In this document: positions 51,589-62,963 of the stretch, one piece after another | Numbering within the stretch: position 1 is the first letter of the stretch | Layout: every line of letters starts with the position of its first letter | Assembly: GCF_006345805.1 (NCBI RefSeq) | Contig: NC_042997.1 | Location: forward strand, 14,198,001-14,262,000 | Reading direction: 5' to 3' | DNA: 64,000 nucleotides | Source: Octopus sinensis | Taxonomy: Eukaryota | Made by a program: the position numbers and the translations under genes | The notes under the pieces: generated by a model | Database searches by the model: none | What the model saw: only the letters and a program-made list of their open reading frames with translations | What the model was told of the DNA's origin: nothing

Positions 51589-52762
51589 TGATATTAAAGG
51601 TGAACTAATTCAATTTGTTTAGACTTCATTTTCCCCCACAAATGTTACAGTTAATTTAAATTGTCAAAGTGGTTATATCATTAAATATGGATGCTTTGAA
51701 GCTAACCATGTCAACTTTCACTTCTGATGAAAATAGGATGTGACAACAGCAGAGAATGGGAGCATTTTCCAGTTTAATTAATCTTATCAGTCACATGTCA
51801 AGAATGCATATTAAGTATATTACAAAATGTTAATTCAGTTTTACTCTTTTACTTGTTTCAGTCATTTGATTGTGGCCATGCTGGAGCACTGCCTTTGGTC
51901 AAGCAAATCAACCGCAGGACTTATTCTTTGGAAGCCTAGTACTTATTCTATCAGTCTCTTTTGCTGATCCGGGACGTAAACACACCAGCATCGGTTATTT
52001 TAGTGTTAAAACAGCAACTAAATCAGTTTAACCTTAGTGTTTTGTGTTTATAAAATAGTAATTAAGTCAATTTAAATCAGCTTAGTCGTTACATGTAAAG
52101 AATGCTTAAAATTATGCATATTGTGGGTTGGTTGCTAAGATACTCCCATTCTTCGATACTTGTAACTTACATTTCGTAGTAGAGGTCAAAAGCCAACACA
52201 GTAGGCTTCAAAGCATCCATAACTCAGTATTTTAGCAATAAATTCTAAGGTAAAGAATCTTATTAGACAGTTCCAACTGATAAGAAAAACATTCAACATT
52301 AGAACTAATGTCAGTCAGATATTTTAATAAACTCCAAAATCATTATACTTCATCATCATCATTTACTGTCCATTTTTCCATGTGGACATGGGTTGGACAG
52401 TTTGACCAAGCTGGAGAGCTGTACCAGGTTCCAGTCTTATTTGGCTCGGTTTCGTAGCTGATACTCTTCTCAATGCCAACCATTTTACAGTGTGCTGGAT
52501 GCTTTTTTACATAGCACCAGCACAGATATTCTTTTCAAAGCACTGCCATATGGTTTTTACGCAGCACCAACACAGAGAATTTTTACATGGCACCAACATG
52601 GGTGCTTTTTACATGACACCAGCAAGGGGCTCTTGCAAAGCAAAAATTCCTTCAACTGGGAGGGGAGCATTAACAATTCTGCTGTGGTGGACAGGTCTTA
52701 TACAAATACTTATAAGAATATTTCCAATAATATAAACAAAGAAATATGGAACAAGAACTTAC

Positions 52763-53026
52763 CTCAGCTGGTGGGGGTCCTTCAACAGTCATAGATACTA
52801 AATGTTCTCCTCGTAGTAATACTAATCCAAGAACTCTTTTTTCTTCTCTTTCACCCTGTTTACTACTTTTGGGCTTGATCTTCCTAAATTCATCACAATC
52901 ACCAAGGATTAAATTCATGTGTTTGTCGAAGGCTTTGAAAGTACCAATAAAAATCCGGCCATCTTGCAGGGTACATCGTACCCTGTAATTGATGTGCTGG
53001 AGCATCTTTGAACTTTTGCCCACCGT
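52763..53026 (-). CDS. SNRPB: SNRPB coding exon 2, Sm (LSm) domain
   Basis: ttcccttttcag|ACG GTG...GCT GAG|gtaagt, 264 nt. Encodes [88 protein letters not shown], which contains the Sm1/Sm2 motifs and is near-identical to metazoan SmB. Confidence 0.98.
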
Positions 53027-54779
53027 CTGAAAAGGGAAGTGAAATATTAACATTTAAGATAAGAAGTTATCGTGAGTACATTTACATAATGCTTCAATCA
53101 ATTTGATTACCAACTACAATCATCATGTGCCTTTATTCATCAAGATTTACACTGTCCTTGGCTAAACTCAAATAATGAGTTAGTGAAGGGAGACATCACT
53201 ACACTCTTTGTTTAGAAATAAGGATTCTGAAGTTGGAATAATGTACATCCTAAGGAATAAGAAACTTTGATAACCATTAGGGATTGAACTGTAATGTAAA
53301 TAAATATTCTAATAATAAGATTAATAGTCCAAGAAACAGTATTGGAACTCATCTCAGAACTTTAGGTATTTATTTTATTAGCAATCTATCATTCCTGTTC
53401 ACAACTACAATATGAAAGTACTTAGAATTATATCAAATCAAAGACACTAAAGCAACAACAACAAAATTCTCACAACAATCCTTGGACAGTCAACAACTCT
53501 CACTTTCTTACTGTTTTTCTTCTTTTCTGCTTGACTTCTCTGTTGAAACTAATATCATTTTAGACCAAGGCATGGTTGTGTGCTTAAGAAGTTTCAATTC
53601 TATCCATTCAGGTTCAGTCCTGCTGTATAGAACCTTGGGCAAGTGTCTTCTATTAAATCCCCGGGCCATCTAAAGCCTTACAACTGGATTTGGTAGACAC
53701 AAACTGAAAGAAGTCTGTAGTGTACGTAATATGTGTCTGTTAATTTCTCTTTGTCTTGCCAATATGTGATAATTGTAAATATTCATTATTGTCATACAAG
53801 ATATCACATTTCCAATCCCCCCATGAAAACAAGTCTGGCCATGGGGAAACATTACCTTGCTTGGAAACCAATAAGGATTTGCAATTGGAAGGGCATCCAA
53901 TCATACAAAATCTACCTTAATGAATTCCATTTGAACCATGCTAGCATGGAAAAAAAAAAGCCCTAACATGATCCCATTCAAATCTATTATCCAATATTTT
54001 TCTCGGTGATATTTACAAATCACTTCCCATTATCACTGAGAAAAACTGTACTCCATATATCACTGTCTTCAATCATCACCAGTTTTTCCATGTCTGCATG
54101 GGTACACTAAGTGTCACATCCCACATCACTACTTATAATCAACCTTCTCATTACCATATCTACAAGGTTCACAATATCCTAAGTTCAGACATCACTTCTG
54201 TCTTCTATGGATGCTCTTTCATTTCAAATGAATATTCCAGCTCTCAGGTAGCTGAGTATTCTATGACACTCCTAACCATAACCTAATCCTCACACAGAAT
54301 AAGAGTAACAATGTTAGTCCTTTGAGTTACATGTACAGTACCTTTGACAAGATTCCACAATTTCCTGTCTATCCAAATGCATGAGGATTGGGTCAATCAA
54401 AGGCTACAGTAGAAAACAATTTCTCAAAATACTGTGTAACAAAATTAATCTAAGACCTTGTGATGGCAAAGCAAACTTCTTAATCATACAGCAATTCCTA
54501 TACCTGGGATCCCTCTACTGGTAACATTCATCATCTATACAATCAAATGTCCTAGGCAGAACCAACATTGCCTTTGCATACATCACTCTATACCTTTAAT
54601 AAGAAATCAATTTCAAAGATGACATATACTCCCTCTGAAATATTATTAAAGACATCAGTATATGCATGCAAGAAGATAAATTAATTTGCTTTATTACTAA
54701 TTTATTACTAGTTTTAAATACTTCATAGCTTTCATATTCAAAGCACAAAATTATTGGTAAGTGTAAATGTTGGTTTTCT

Positions 54780-55750
54780 GAGGGCAGCTGCATAAAGAAG
54801 AGCTGAGCTCTAATTGTGGAGGGAAACTGTGGAAGGGGTAGACCCAAGAAGACGTGGGAGGAAGTGGTGAGAAAGGATCTCCAGACACTGGGCCACACTG
54901 AGGAAATGGCAAGGGACCAGGATTTGTGGCGATTCGCTGTACTTGAGAAGACGCATCAAGCTAAGTAAAACTGCTGTCATCTATGCATACTGGCTTGTCC
55001 TTTACAAGTGCCGAAGCCACATAAAGTGCACTCATGCTGGTGCTGCACAGAAGCACCCATGCCGGTGGCATGTAAAATGCACACAACACATTCTGTAAAA
55101 TGGATGGCATTAGGAAGGGCATCCAGCCATATAAACCATGCCACAACAAACAATTGGAGTCTGGACAGCTCTCCAGCACCTGTCAAGTCATCCAACTCAT
55201 GCCAGCATGGAAAAAGGACATTAAACAATGATGATGATTGTCAACTAACTTCCTCATTAGTGTGAAATCGAAATCAAACTCAGTGACTGGCATCCGTTGC
55301 TAGTGGAGTGCTAAGAGTACCGTACGAGTGAGATCGTTGCCAGAGCAACAAGCTAGCCTTCGTGCCGATGGCACATTAAAGACACCATTTGAGCGTGATC
55401 GTTACCTGCGTCGCCTTACTAGCACTTGTGCTGGTGGCACGTGAAAAAAAAAACATTTGAGCGAGGTCGTTGCCAGTGCCACTGGACTGGCCCCGTGTGC
55501 AGGTCACACATAAAAAGCACCATTTGAGCATGGCCGTTGCCCCAGTACCACCTAACTGGCCCTCGTGCTGGTGGCACATAAAAGCACCCACTACACTCTC
55601 GGAGTGGTTGGCGTTAAGGGCATCCAGCTGTAGAAACTCTGCCAGGTCAGATTGAAGTATGGTGCAGCCATCTGGTTCGCCAGACCTCAGTCAAATCGTC
55701 CAAGCCATGCCAGTATGGAAAGCGAACATTAAATGAGGATGATGATGATA
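54780..55750 (+). mobile_element. Two RTE 3'-end fragments in tandem
   Basis: GRPKKTWEEVVRKDL peptide plus the shared 3' UTR ending in (GAT)n. Confidence 0.78.
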
Positions 55751-56126
55751 ATCCTTTGTACTGAGTCAACTAAGCTTGTCATTTGCTCCACCATAGACAT
55801 CATTCATCTATGACTCCAATCTAGTGAACAAACTTTTTGTTTTGCTTTATAGTTTGGTGTAGAGAAAAGAGCTATGAGAACCTCCAAAACCAATAAGTGA
55901 CATCGTTAATCTTCTGTTTAAACTAATGCAAGTCAAGAGCTGCAAGAAAAAAACAAGGTGAGTATTCCAGAGTCATGGTTCTAAGCTTAGACATTAGTGC
56001 AGGGCCTGGGCAGATGGACCCACTATGGATGACATGAAGAAAAGAGATAAAGGTGCTACTTTAGCATGCAATCTACTGCAGTATCTACAGTCAAAAATGT
56101 GAAATGACCTAATCTGGGTTAGGAGT

Positions 56127-56880
56127 TCATCATCATCATTTAACATCCGTTGTCCATGCATGGGTTGGACAGTTTGACCAGAGCTGGCAAGCTGGAAGGC
56201 TATACCAAACTCTAGTCTGATTTGGTATGGTTTCTACAGTTGGATGCCCTTCCTAACGCCAACCAGTCTGTCAAACATGCACATCAAGCGAAGCATGCTG
56301 GTTTCATTTCTTTTAAGCCTATGCATGTCCTCGGCTGTTACAGCCCATGTTTCACTGCCATGTAGTATAGCTGTACACACACACACACACAGGCATCATG
56401 CAATCTGCCTTTCACTCTGAAAAACCCTTTGTTGCCAGCAGAGTTAGGAGCTCTCTGAACTTTGTCCAGTCTAATCTTATTTTCACAGCTACACTTTCAG
56501 AGCATCCGCCGCTACTACTAACTTGGTCACCTAGATATCAGAAGCTATCTACTTCCTCTAGCTTACCCCACTGGCAGTTTATAGAGTCTATTTTCTGTAC
56601 ATCTTTCACATACAAAAGCTATTTTCCCTGTTAACCTTCCTCTAGTATTGCTGCACCTTTCATGTGTCCAAAGCTTACGCCAGGTGCTTACACCCATGTC
56701 TTTTCTACAGATCAGACAGAGCCATCTACCTGAAGGGATTTGTGAGTTGTCTGCCTTCCTATTTACTAAGACTTTGGTTTTTGCTAGGTTAACTCTAAGG
56801 CCCTTCAATTCTAGACCTTGCTTCTATAACTAGTAGTGATTCATCTATAAGGGCAAGGTCATCAGCATATAGGATTCCCA
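56127..56880 (-). mobile_element. RTE-clade LINE fragment (same family as 50018-51588)
   Basis: KGLRVNLAKTKVLV...GRWLCLICRK...WTHERC...FVCERC, with the 3' tail at 56127. Confidence 0.8.
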
Positions 56881-56949
56881 GCAGGTTTCCAGTTGATTTT
56901 AATTTTTGTTGAGGGGGAATGAGATGCACTGTTTTTACAATGCTTGCAG

Positions 56950-57600
56950 TGTTTGTCTCATTTTGCAGTTGAATGAGATAAGATTGGCAGGGCTGTATTG
57001 GAGAATGTTTCTAAGAATTCTGTTCATAGAGTCAGTGCATGAGGTGCCTAACTTGGATATGAAAAGTTAAGACTGCATAAGAGTGAGTATTGTTTGAGGT
57101 AACAGCACAGGACAGAGGACAAAACCAAACCTGAAGGTACATCAGGCTTGTTAGTTGGCATCAAATAGTTCCAACATCTGATATGTGATAGTGCGATGTA
57201 ACAGGAAGCTATAAGTATCAGAAGATGAATGGAGCAGCTTTGACAGATTTGTCTGTTGGACACAGTTGAAAGCATTGTATATGTTGGCCAACACTGCTTT
57301 CACTATATATTGAGGGTGAGAGACTGTTGGTAACATAAGAGAGTAGGGCTCCAGTAGATCTAGTTTCACAAATCATACTGGGTCTTTAAAGGGAGAGAGA
57401 GACTCAAAGTGTTGGAGAAGATGGTTGCTATAAGTTGTCTTTTTAACCTCTACGATGTTGTAAAATTTTATTGAAGAATATCCATTTTTCAGAAAGTTAT
57501 AAGAGATCAAAGTAAGGAAGAGAACAACTGTAATTATAGCTATAATGGTTAGCAGGGTCAAGAGTACTCTTCCAGAGGAAGGAACACACTGTGGTAGGTT
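56950..57600 (-). mobile_element. Degenerate CR1/Jockey-type LINE reverse transcriptase fragment
   Basis: Peptides VLANIYNAFNCVQQTNLSKL (~LDISKAFDRV.H..LL.KL) and DVPSGLVLSSVL (~GVPQGSVLSP.L). Confidence 0.6.
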
Positions 57601-58535
57601 TTCAAAATCAGGCTATATAAATGTAACTGAAAAAGATTTAGCTTGATACAAATAGGGGCTTGCTCTAACATGCAGTGCTTTTAGAATAATGGACGGAGCA
57701 TTATCGTTTCTGGAGTGGCGCAGCTGCTATACGAAAAATAGGACCCGACTGAATAACATAGTGTTATTCAGGAATAGACTTCAACATGTAATGTAGAGAC
57801 CACTACTAAAATGATATTTACTCCTAAGAACAAGCTGGTTCCATACTACCTCCACCTAAGCCCACTTGGCACCCGTCAACAGACAACGAAAAACTCAATG
57901 GTAAATGTAAAAAGCAATTCAAATCGACAACATCAAGTAGATTTCTAAAAATATTTTAATGAAAAGAGAACGATTACGTCCCTTAAAGACTAAAACCAGT
58001 GTTGAATGAGAAATAGTTCCAAGACAGAATACCGGAGATTAAATACATAAGTATTTTAAATAATCTTAGATAACAATTTTCAGAAATTTTTCCGGCCATC
58101 ACAACACTAATGAAAAACTATCGAAGAGCATATGTACTACATGCGTCAGAAAATCACACGATTATTCAACTCATTGAACATAACTCCATAGTATCAGCGA
58201 GTTCTATGTAAACAGTAACAAATATAACAGAAAATTTATATCCTTTTTACTAGTTACAATCATTGGACTGTGGTTAAAATAAACAAAACGTCTCTTTACG
58301 TAAAAGTAATATACTTCGAATTTTAAAACCAAAAACCTTTAATACATAAACAATGGATGTTTATTTTCGAAACAAGAATAGTTACAGATCATATGGTTAT
58401 ATATGATGTTTATAATCACTTTAACCAGAATATTTAGGAAAGAAAAAGTATATTAAACATAAGAAAAAATTTCTAACAGGGCTGATATATATACATATAT
58501 ATTTAAGTGCAACCATACTATATGAAAACAACACG

Positions 58536-58544
58536 CGCCATTTT
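58536..58544 (+). promoter_or_regulatory. YY1-type motif in SNRPB intron 1
   Basis: CGCCATTTT (AAAATGGCG on the sense strand) about 140 nt downstream of the ATG. YY1 motifs commonly sit just downstream of housekeeping-gene starts. Confidence 0.35.
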
Positions 58545-58679
58545 TTTTATACTGGCTGCCGCCGGTTAGTACAGTGATCAAATAAATACTATATCCCTTA
58601 AACGTTGGATCGTCAAAATTAGAAAAGTGTAAAATAAAACTCATAAGGAACGAAAACAGAATATATTTTCAAAACTTAC

Positions 58680-58682
58680 CAT
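58680..58682 (-). CDS. SNRPB: SNRPB coding exon 1 (start codon only)
   Basis: Minus strand reads ...gcatcaaaATG|gtaagtttt: good start context followed by a canonical GTAAGT donor. It joins in phase 0 to the TVGKSSKM exon, giving the expected SmB N-terminus MTVGKSSKM. Confidence 0.85.
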
Positions 58683-58764
58683 TTTGATGCCGTTGATTAA
58701 AAACCAGCAACAACGTGGGTGAAATTTACAAAACCCGACTAGAAAACGATTGAATACCGCTTCC

Positions 58765-58773
58765 TCATTGGCT
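58765..58773 (-). promoter_or_regulatory. CCAAT (NF-Y-type) box in SNRPB promoter
   Basis: Minus strand AGCCAATGA about 85 nt upstream of the ATG, next to GGAAGCGG (ETS-like), in a CpG-retaining region. Confidence 0.5.
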
Positions 58774-59744
58774 AATTTATAAGCAGAGCATCTTCGCAGT
58801 AAATGTAAACCTCCGAACATCTCCCTAACGACATAAAAAAATAAAATCAAGCCGGTTTTCAGCTGATTGTATACATTTTATTTATTTCGATTTTGTTATT
58901 TTGATTTATAAATAATATATTATAGTATTTTAAAATAAAATATATATTCAAACTTTAAATTCAAGCACATTTTTACGTTATGCAAATTAAGATCATTCTT
59001 TTTGTTGTCAGATAGCAAAGCCCTTAGAATAATTTAGATATATCTGTGTTTTAATATTACTTTATCGATAGGCAGAAACGTTAGCATGCCGGCTCCCTCC
59101 CTTATGCCTAGAGTAGAAAAGTATATTACTTTATCGATAGGTGATGGTTAAAAGTTAAGGCCAATCCTTGAGATTAATGAAGCAGAATGCGCAAAACAAC
59201 ATACCGAAATATAACAACAGTTTACATTGTATTACATTTTATTTTATTTTAAACATGTATACGTTTCAAAACATTCTTTTATATTATTAAATATATTTAC
59301 CTTAATTAGACTGACATTTTAGATATTGTACAAATCTTTAAGGTTTTAAGGGAAATAACTCGAATTGTTTTTTACTGAATTATCTTTCTTAGATTTAGAT
59401 AATTTTGGTTTTAGATCATATTGGTTTAAAATTTTGGCACAAGGCCATCAATTTCAGGGAAGAGATAAGTCGATTAGACTGACCTCAGTGTCCAACTGGT
59501 ACTTATTAAATGAACCCCGAAAAGGATGGAAATTAAGGTCGACTTCAGCAGGTTCTTGATCATATTAAGTAAAGATATATGTGTTCTTTAAGTTTACGTT
59601 AATTCAGTTGTGTTACAGAAGGCAATCACCAAAGAGCGGAGGAATATATCAGAGAGTCCTGTTTTAAACAGAATTTTGATACATGACCGACATCTGTTCA
59701 CTTTTTATATAGTGTGAAAGATCTTTACAACTTCTTACTCATAT

Positions 59745-59972
59745 ATATTTCTTTATTGCCCACAAGGGGCTAAACATAGAGGGGACAAACAAGGACAGAC
59801 AAACGGATTAAGTCGATTACATCGACCCCAGTGCGTAACTGGTACTTAATTTATCGACCCTGAAAGGATGAAAGGCAAAGTCGACCTCGGCGGATTTTGA
59901 ACCCAGAACGTAACGGCAGACGAAATACGGCTACGCATTTCGCCCGGCGTGCTAACGTTTCTTCCAGCTCGC
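59745..59972 (-). mobile_element. CORE-type SINE monomer
   Basis: Young, CpG-intact copy. Confidence 0.87.
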
Positions 59973-60228
59973 CAACACGTTCACATATTTACTGTTTTCA
60001 TGGTAGCAATAACATTTTTAACTTCAGATTTCAGCAAACAGCAATACAGGCTACAGTGAATTCCCATATCACTGCCTATAAGACATAAGTGTATATGTAT
60101 ATATGCGTGTGTAGAGAGAGGGGAGAGTGGCAGAGACAGATTGATTTCTTACAAATTCATAAAACAACGCAAATGACTAAATTTTTTTGTTTTAACTTAA
60201 CAAGCACCAAACTAAGAATCTGTCAGAC

Positions 60229-60641
60229 TCTCTTTTTACTCTTTTACTTGTTTCAGTCATTTGACTGTGGCCATGCTGGAGCACCGCCTTTAATCGAGCA
60301 ACTCGACCCCGGGTCTTATTCTTTTGTAAGCCCAGTACTTATTCTATCGTTCTCTTTTGCCGAACCGCTAAGTAACGGGGACGTAAACACACCAGCATCG
60401 GTTGTCAGGCAATGCTAGGGGGACAAACACAGACACACAAACACACACACGCTTACATATATATATATATACATATATACACGACGGGCTTCCTTCAGTT
60501 TCCGTCTACCAAATCCACTCACAAGGCTTTGGTCGGCCCGAGGCTATAGAAGACACTTGCCCAAGGTGCTACGCAGTGGGACTGAACCCGGAACCATCTG
60601 GCTGGTAAACAAGATACTTACCACACAGCCACTCCTGCGCC
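60229..60641 (-). mobile_element. tRNA-derived SINE (gcaggagtggc family)
   Basis: Full-length copy. Confidence 0.9.
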
Positions 60642-60844
60642 TATGTTATTTGTTTCGACCATTTAGGCCTCTTTTGCGTCTTTTTAGCCAACACTTAAAG
60701 CTAATACTGATGCCTTATAAAATTTAATCATTTTAAAAATGAAATTGAAAGTTATCAGGTAAAATCATTTTAGATTGCATTTATAAATTGTAGAGAGGTA
60801 ATATCTCTATAATGCTGTAATGATATTTCTTAAATATGTTTCAT

Positions 60845-61254
60845 TATTTCCCACAAGGGGCTAAACATAGAGGGGACAAACAAGGACAGACAAACGAATT
60901 AAGTCGATTACATCGACCCCAGTGCGTAACTGGTACTTAATTTATCGACCTCGAAAGGATGAAAGGCAAAGTCGACCTCGGCGGAATTTGAACTCAGAGC
61001 GTAACGGCAGACGAAATACGTATTTCTTTATTACCCACAAGGGGCTAAACATAGAGGGGACAAACAAGGACAGACAAACGAATTAAGTCGATTACATCGA
61101 CCCCAGTGCGTAACTGGTACTTAATTTATCGACCCCGAAAGGATGAAAGGCAAAGTCGACCTCGGCGGAATTTGAACTCAGAACGTAGCGTAACGGCAGA
61201 CGAAATACGGCTACGCATTTCGCCCGGCGTGCTAACGGTTCTGCCAGCTCGCCA
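60845..61254 (-). mobile_element. CORE-type SINE dimer
   Basis: Two near-identical units joined at aaagaaata|cgtatttcg. Confidence 0.87.
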
Positions 61255-61361
61255 TGCTTAGCCATAGCTGCAATTAAAAAAATCTCGCTATGCAAACATG
61301 TACTATTGCACCGGACCGACCAATGCCTTGTGAGTAGATTTGGTAGACGGGAACTCTGTGT

Positions 61362-61426
<65 letters not shown>

Positions 61427-62071
61427 TGTGTGTGTGTGTGTGTCTGTACGCACGCACCGGAGTGTCTTTCAGATTGTGCTTGCCCCACTACCACCACCAC
61501 CACCACCACCACTTGACATCCGGTGTTGGTTTGTTTACGTCCCTGTAACTTGGCGGTTCGACAAAAAAATCATCGATGGAACAGGTACCGGTACCTTTTA
61601 AAAATAATGTACAATTATGTACGGGGACCGATTTGTTCGGCTAAAGATTTTTAGACAGTGCCCCAGCATGGTCGCAATCCAGTGACAGAAACCAGTAAAA
61701 GACAACACATGAAACTATGACAACGAAACAATTACACAGTGGAAGAGTCGTTTTGAGAATTTCAAAATGCACAAAAATGAGTTATTCTTCATTCTTTTTT
61801 TTTATTTTCTTTTATTTATTTCAGTCATTTGACTGCGGACATACTACAGCACCGCCTTTAGTCGAACAACACAACCACAGGACTTATTCTTTGTAAGCCT
61901 AGTACTTATTCTATCGGGTCTTTCGCCAAGCCAGGAACGTAAACACACCAGCATCAGTTGTCAAGTGATGGTGGGGGACAAACACACACACACGTGTATA
62001 TATATATATATATATATAACACGTATATATATATATATATATATATATATAACACGTATATATATATATAC

Positions 62072-62123
<52 letters not shown>

Positions 62124-62127
<4 letters not shown>

Positions 62128-62354
62128 CTTTACTACCCACAAGGGGCTAAACACAGAGGGGACAAACAAGGACAGACAAAGGGATTAAGTCGATTACATC
62201 GACTCCAGTGCGTAACTGGTACTTAATTTATCAACCCCGAAAGGATGAAAGGCAAAGTCGACCTCGGCGGAATTTGAACTCGGAACGTAACGACAGACGA
62301 AATACGGATACGCAGGTCGCCCGGCGTGCTAACGTTTCTGCCAGCTCGCCACCT
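62124..62354 (-). mobile_element. CORE-type SINE monomer between long (TA)n tracts
   Basis: Family match; flanked by (TA)n at about 61997-62123 and 62380-62520. Confidence 0.87.
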
Positions 62355-62411
62355 TAACAAATATAAAAAAAATTTTTTTTTTAAATATATATATATATTT
62401 ATATATTTATA

Positions 62412-62448
<37 letters not shown>

Positions 62449-62453
62449 ATATA

Positions 62454-62516
<63 letters not shown>

Positions 62517-62591
62517 TATGTAGGTCCCGGGTTGATCCGGGGTTAACCACAGTAAGTAAGGTACTCAATACATAGCGTCTTCTATTAATAA

Positions 62592-62622
<31 letters not shown>

Positions 62623-62676
62623 ATATATATAAAACACAGTAAAAAATAGAAAATGCTAAAATAATTTTATAGTGAA

Positions 62677-62724
62677 CATTTCAGTACCGGTTTCGGTCAT
62701 TTTGAGACCTTTTCAACTGTAACG
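62677..62724 (-). ncRNA. Minimal type I hammerhead ribozyme motif (Penelope-associated)
   Basis: Minus strand: cgttacag-TTGAAAA-ggtc(tcaaaat)gacc-GAAA-c(cg)g-TA-ctgaaatg. Stem I has 7 of 8 paired, stem II is 4 bp, stem III is the palindromic ACCGGT, the cleavage triplet is GUA, and the core has C3U/G8A. Confidence 0.75.
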
Positions 62725-62963
62725 ATAAATAATTAAATTTAGAAAAATTAGAAGAAAAGTTTTTTTAAAAGAATATTTCTATAGTAGTGTTCAGATTTAA
62801 GTGGCATTCTGCCTTTCTCTGACTCCCTTGTTTGCACTTGTGTGTTCGAGGTAGTTGTGAGCTCTTGGTAGGGTAGTAGAGAGAGGCTGGTGAGGAAAGG
62901 GGGGTGGGAGAATCTGGGAGTGCCCTGATGGTCGTATTTTGAATGGTCAGTGGCGGCTGGCAG

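Noticed and set aside
52746-52988. Plus-strand [13 protein letters not shown]...
   Set aside because: Antisense shadow of the Sm-domain exon.
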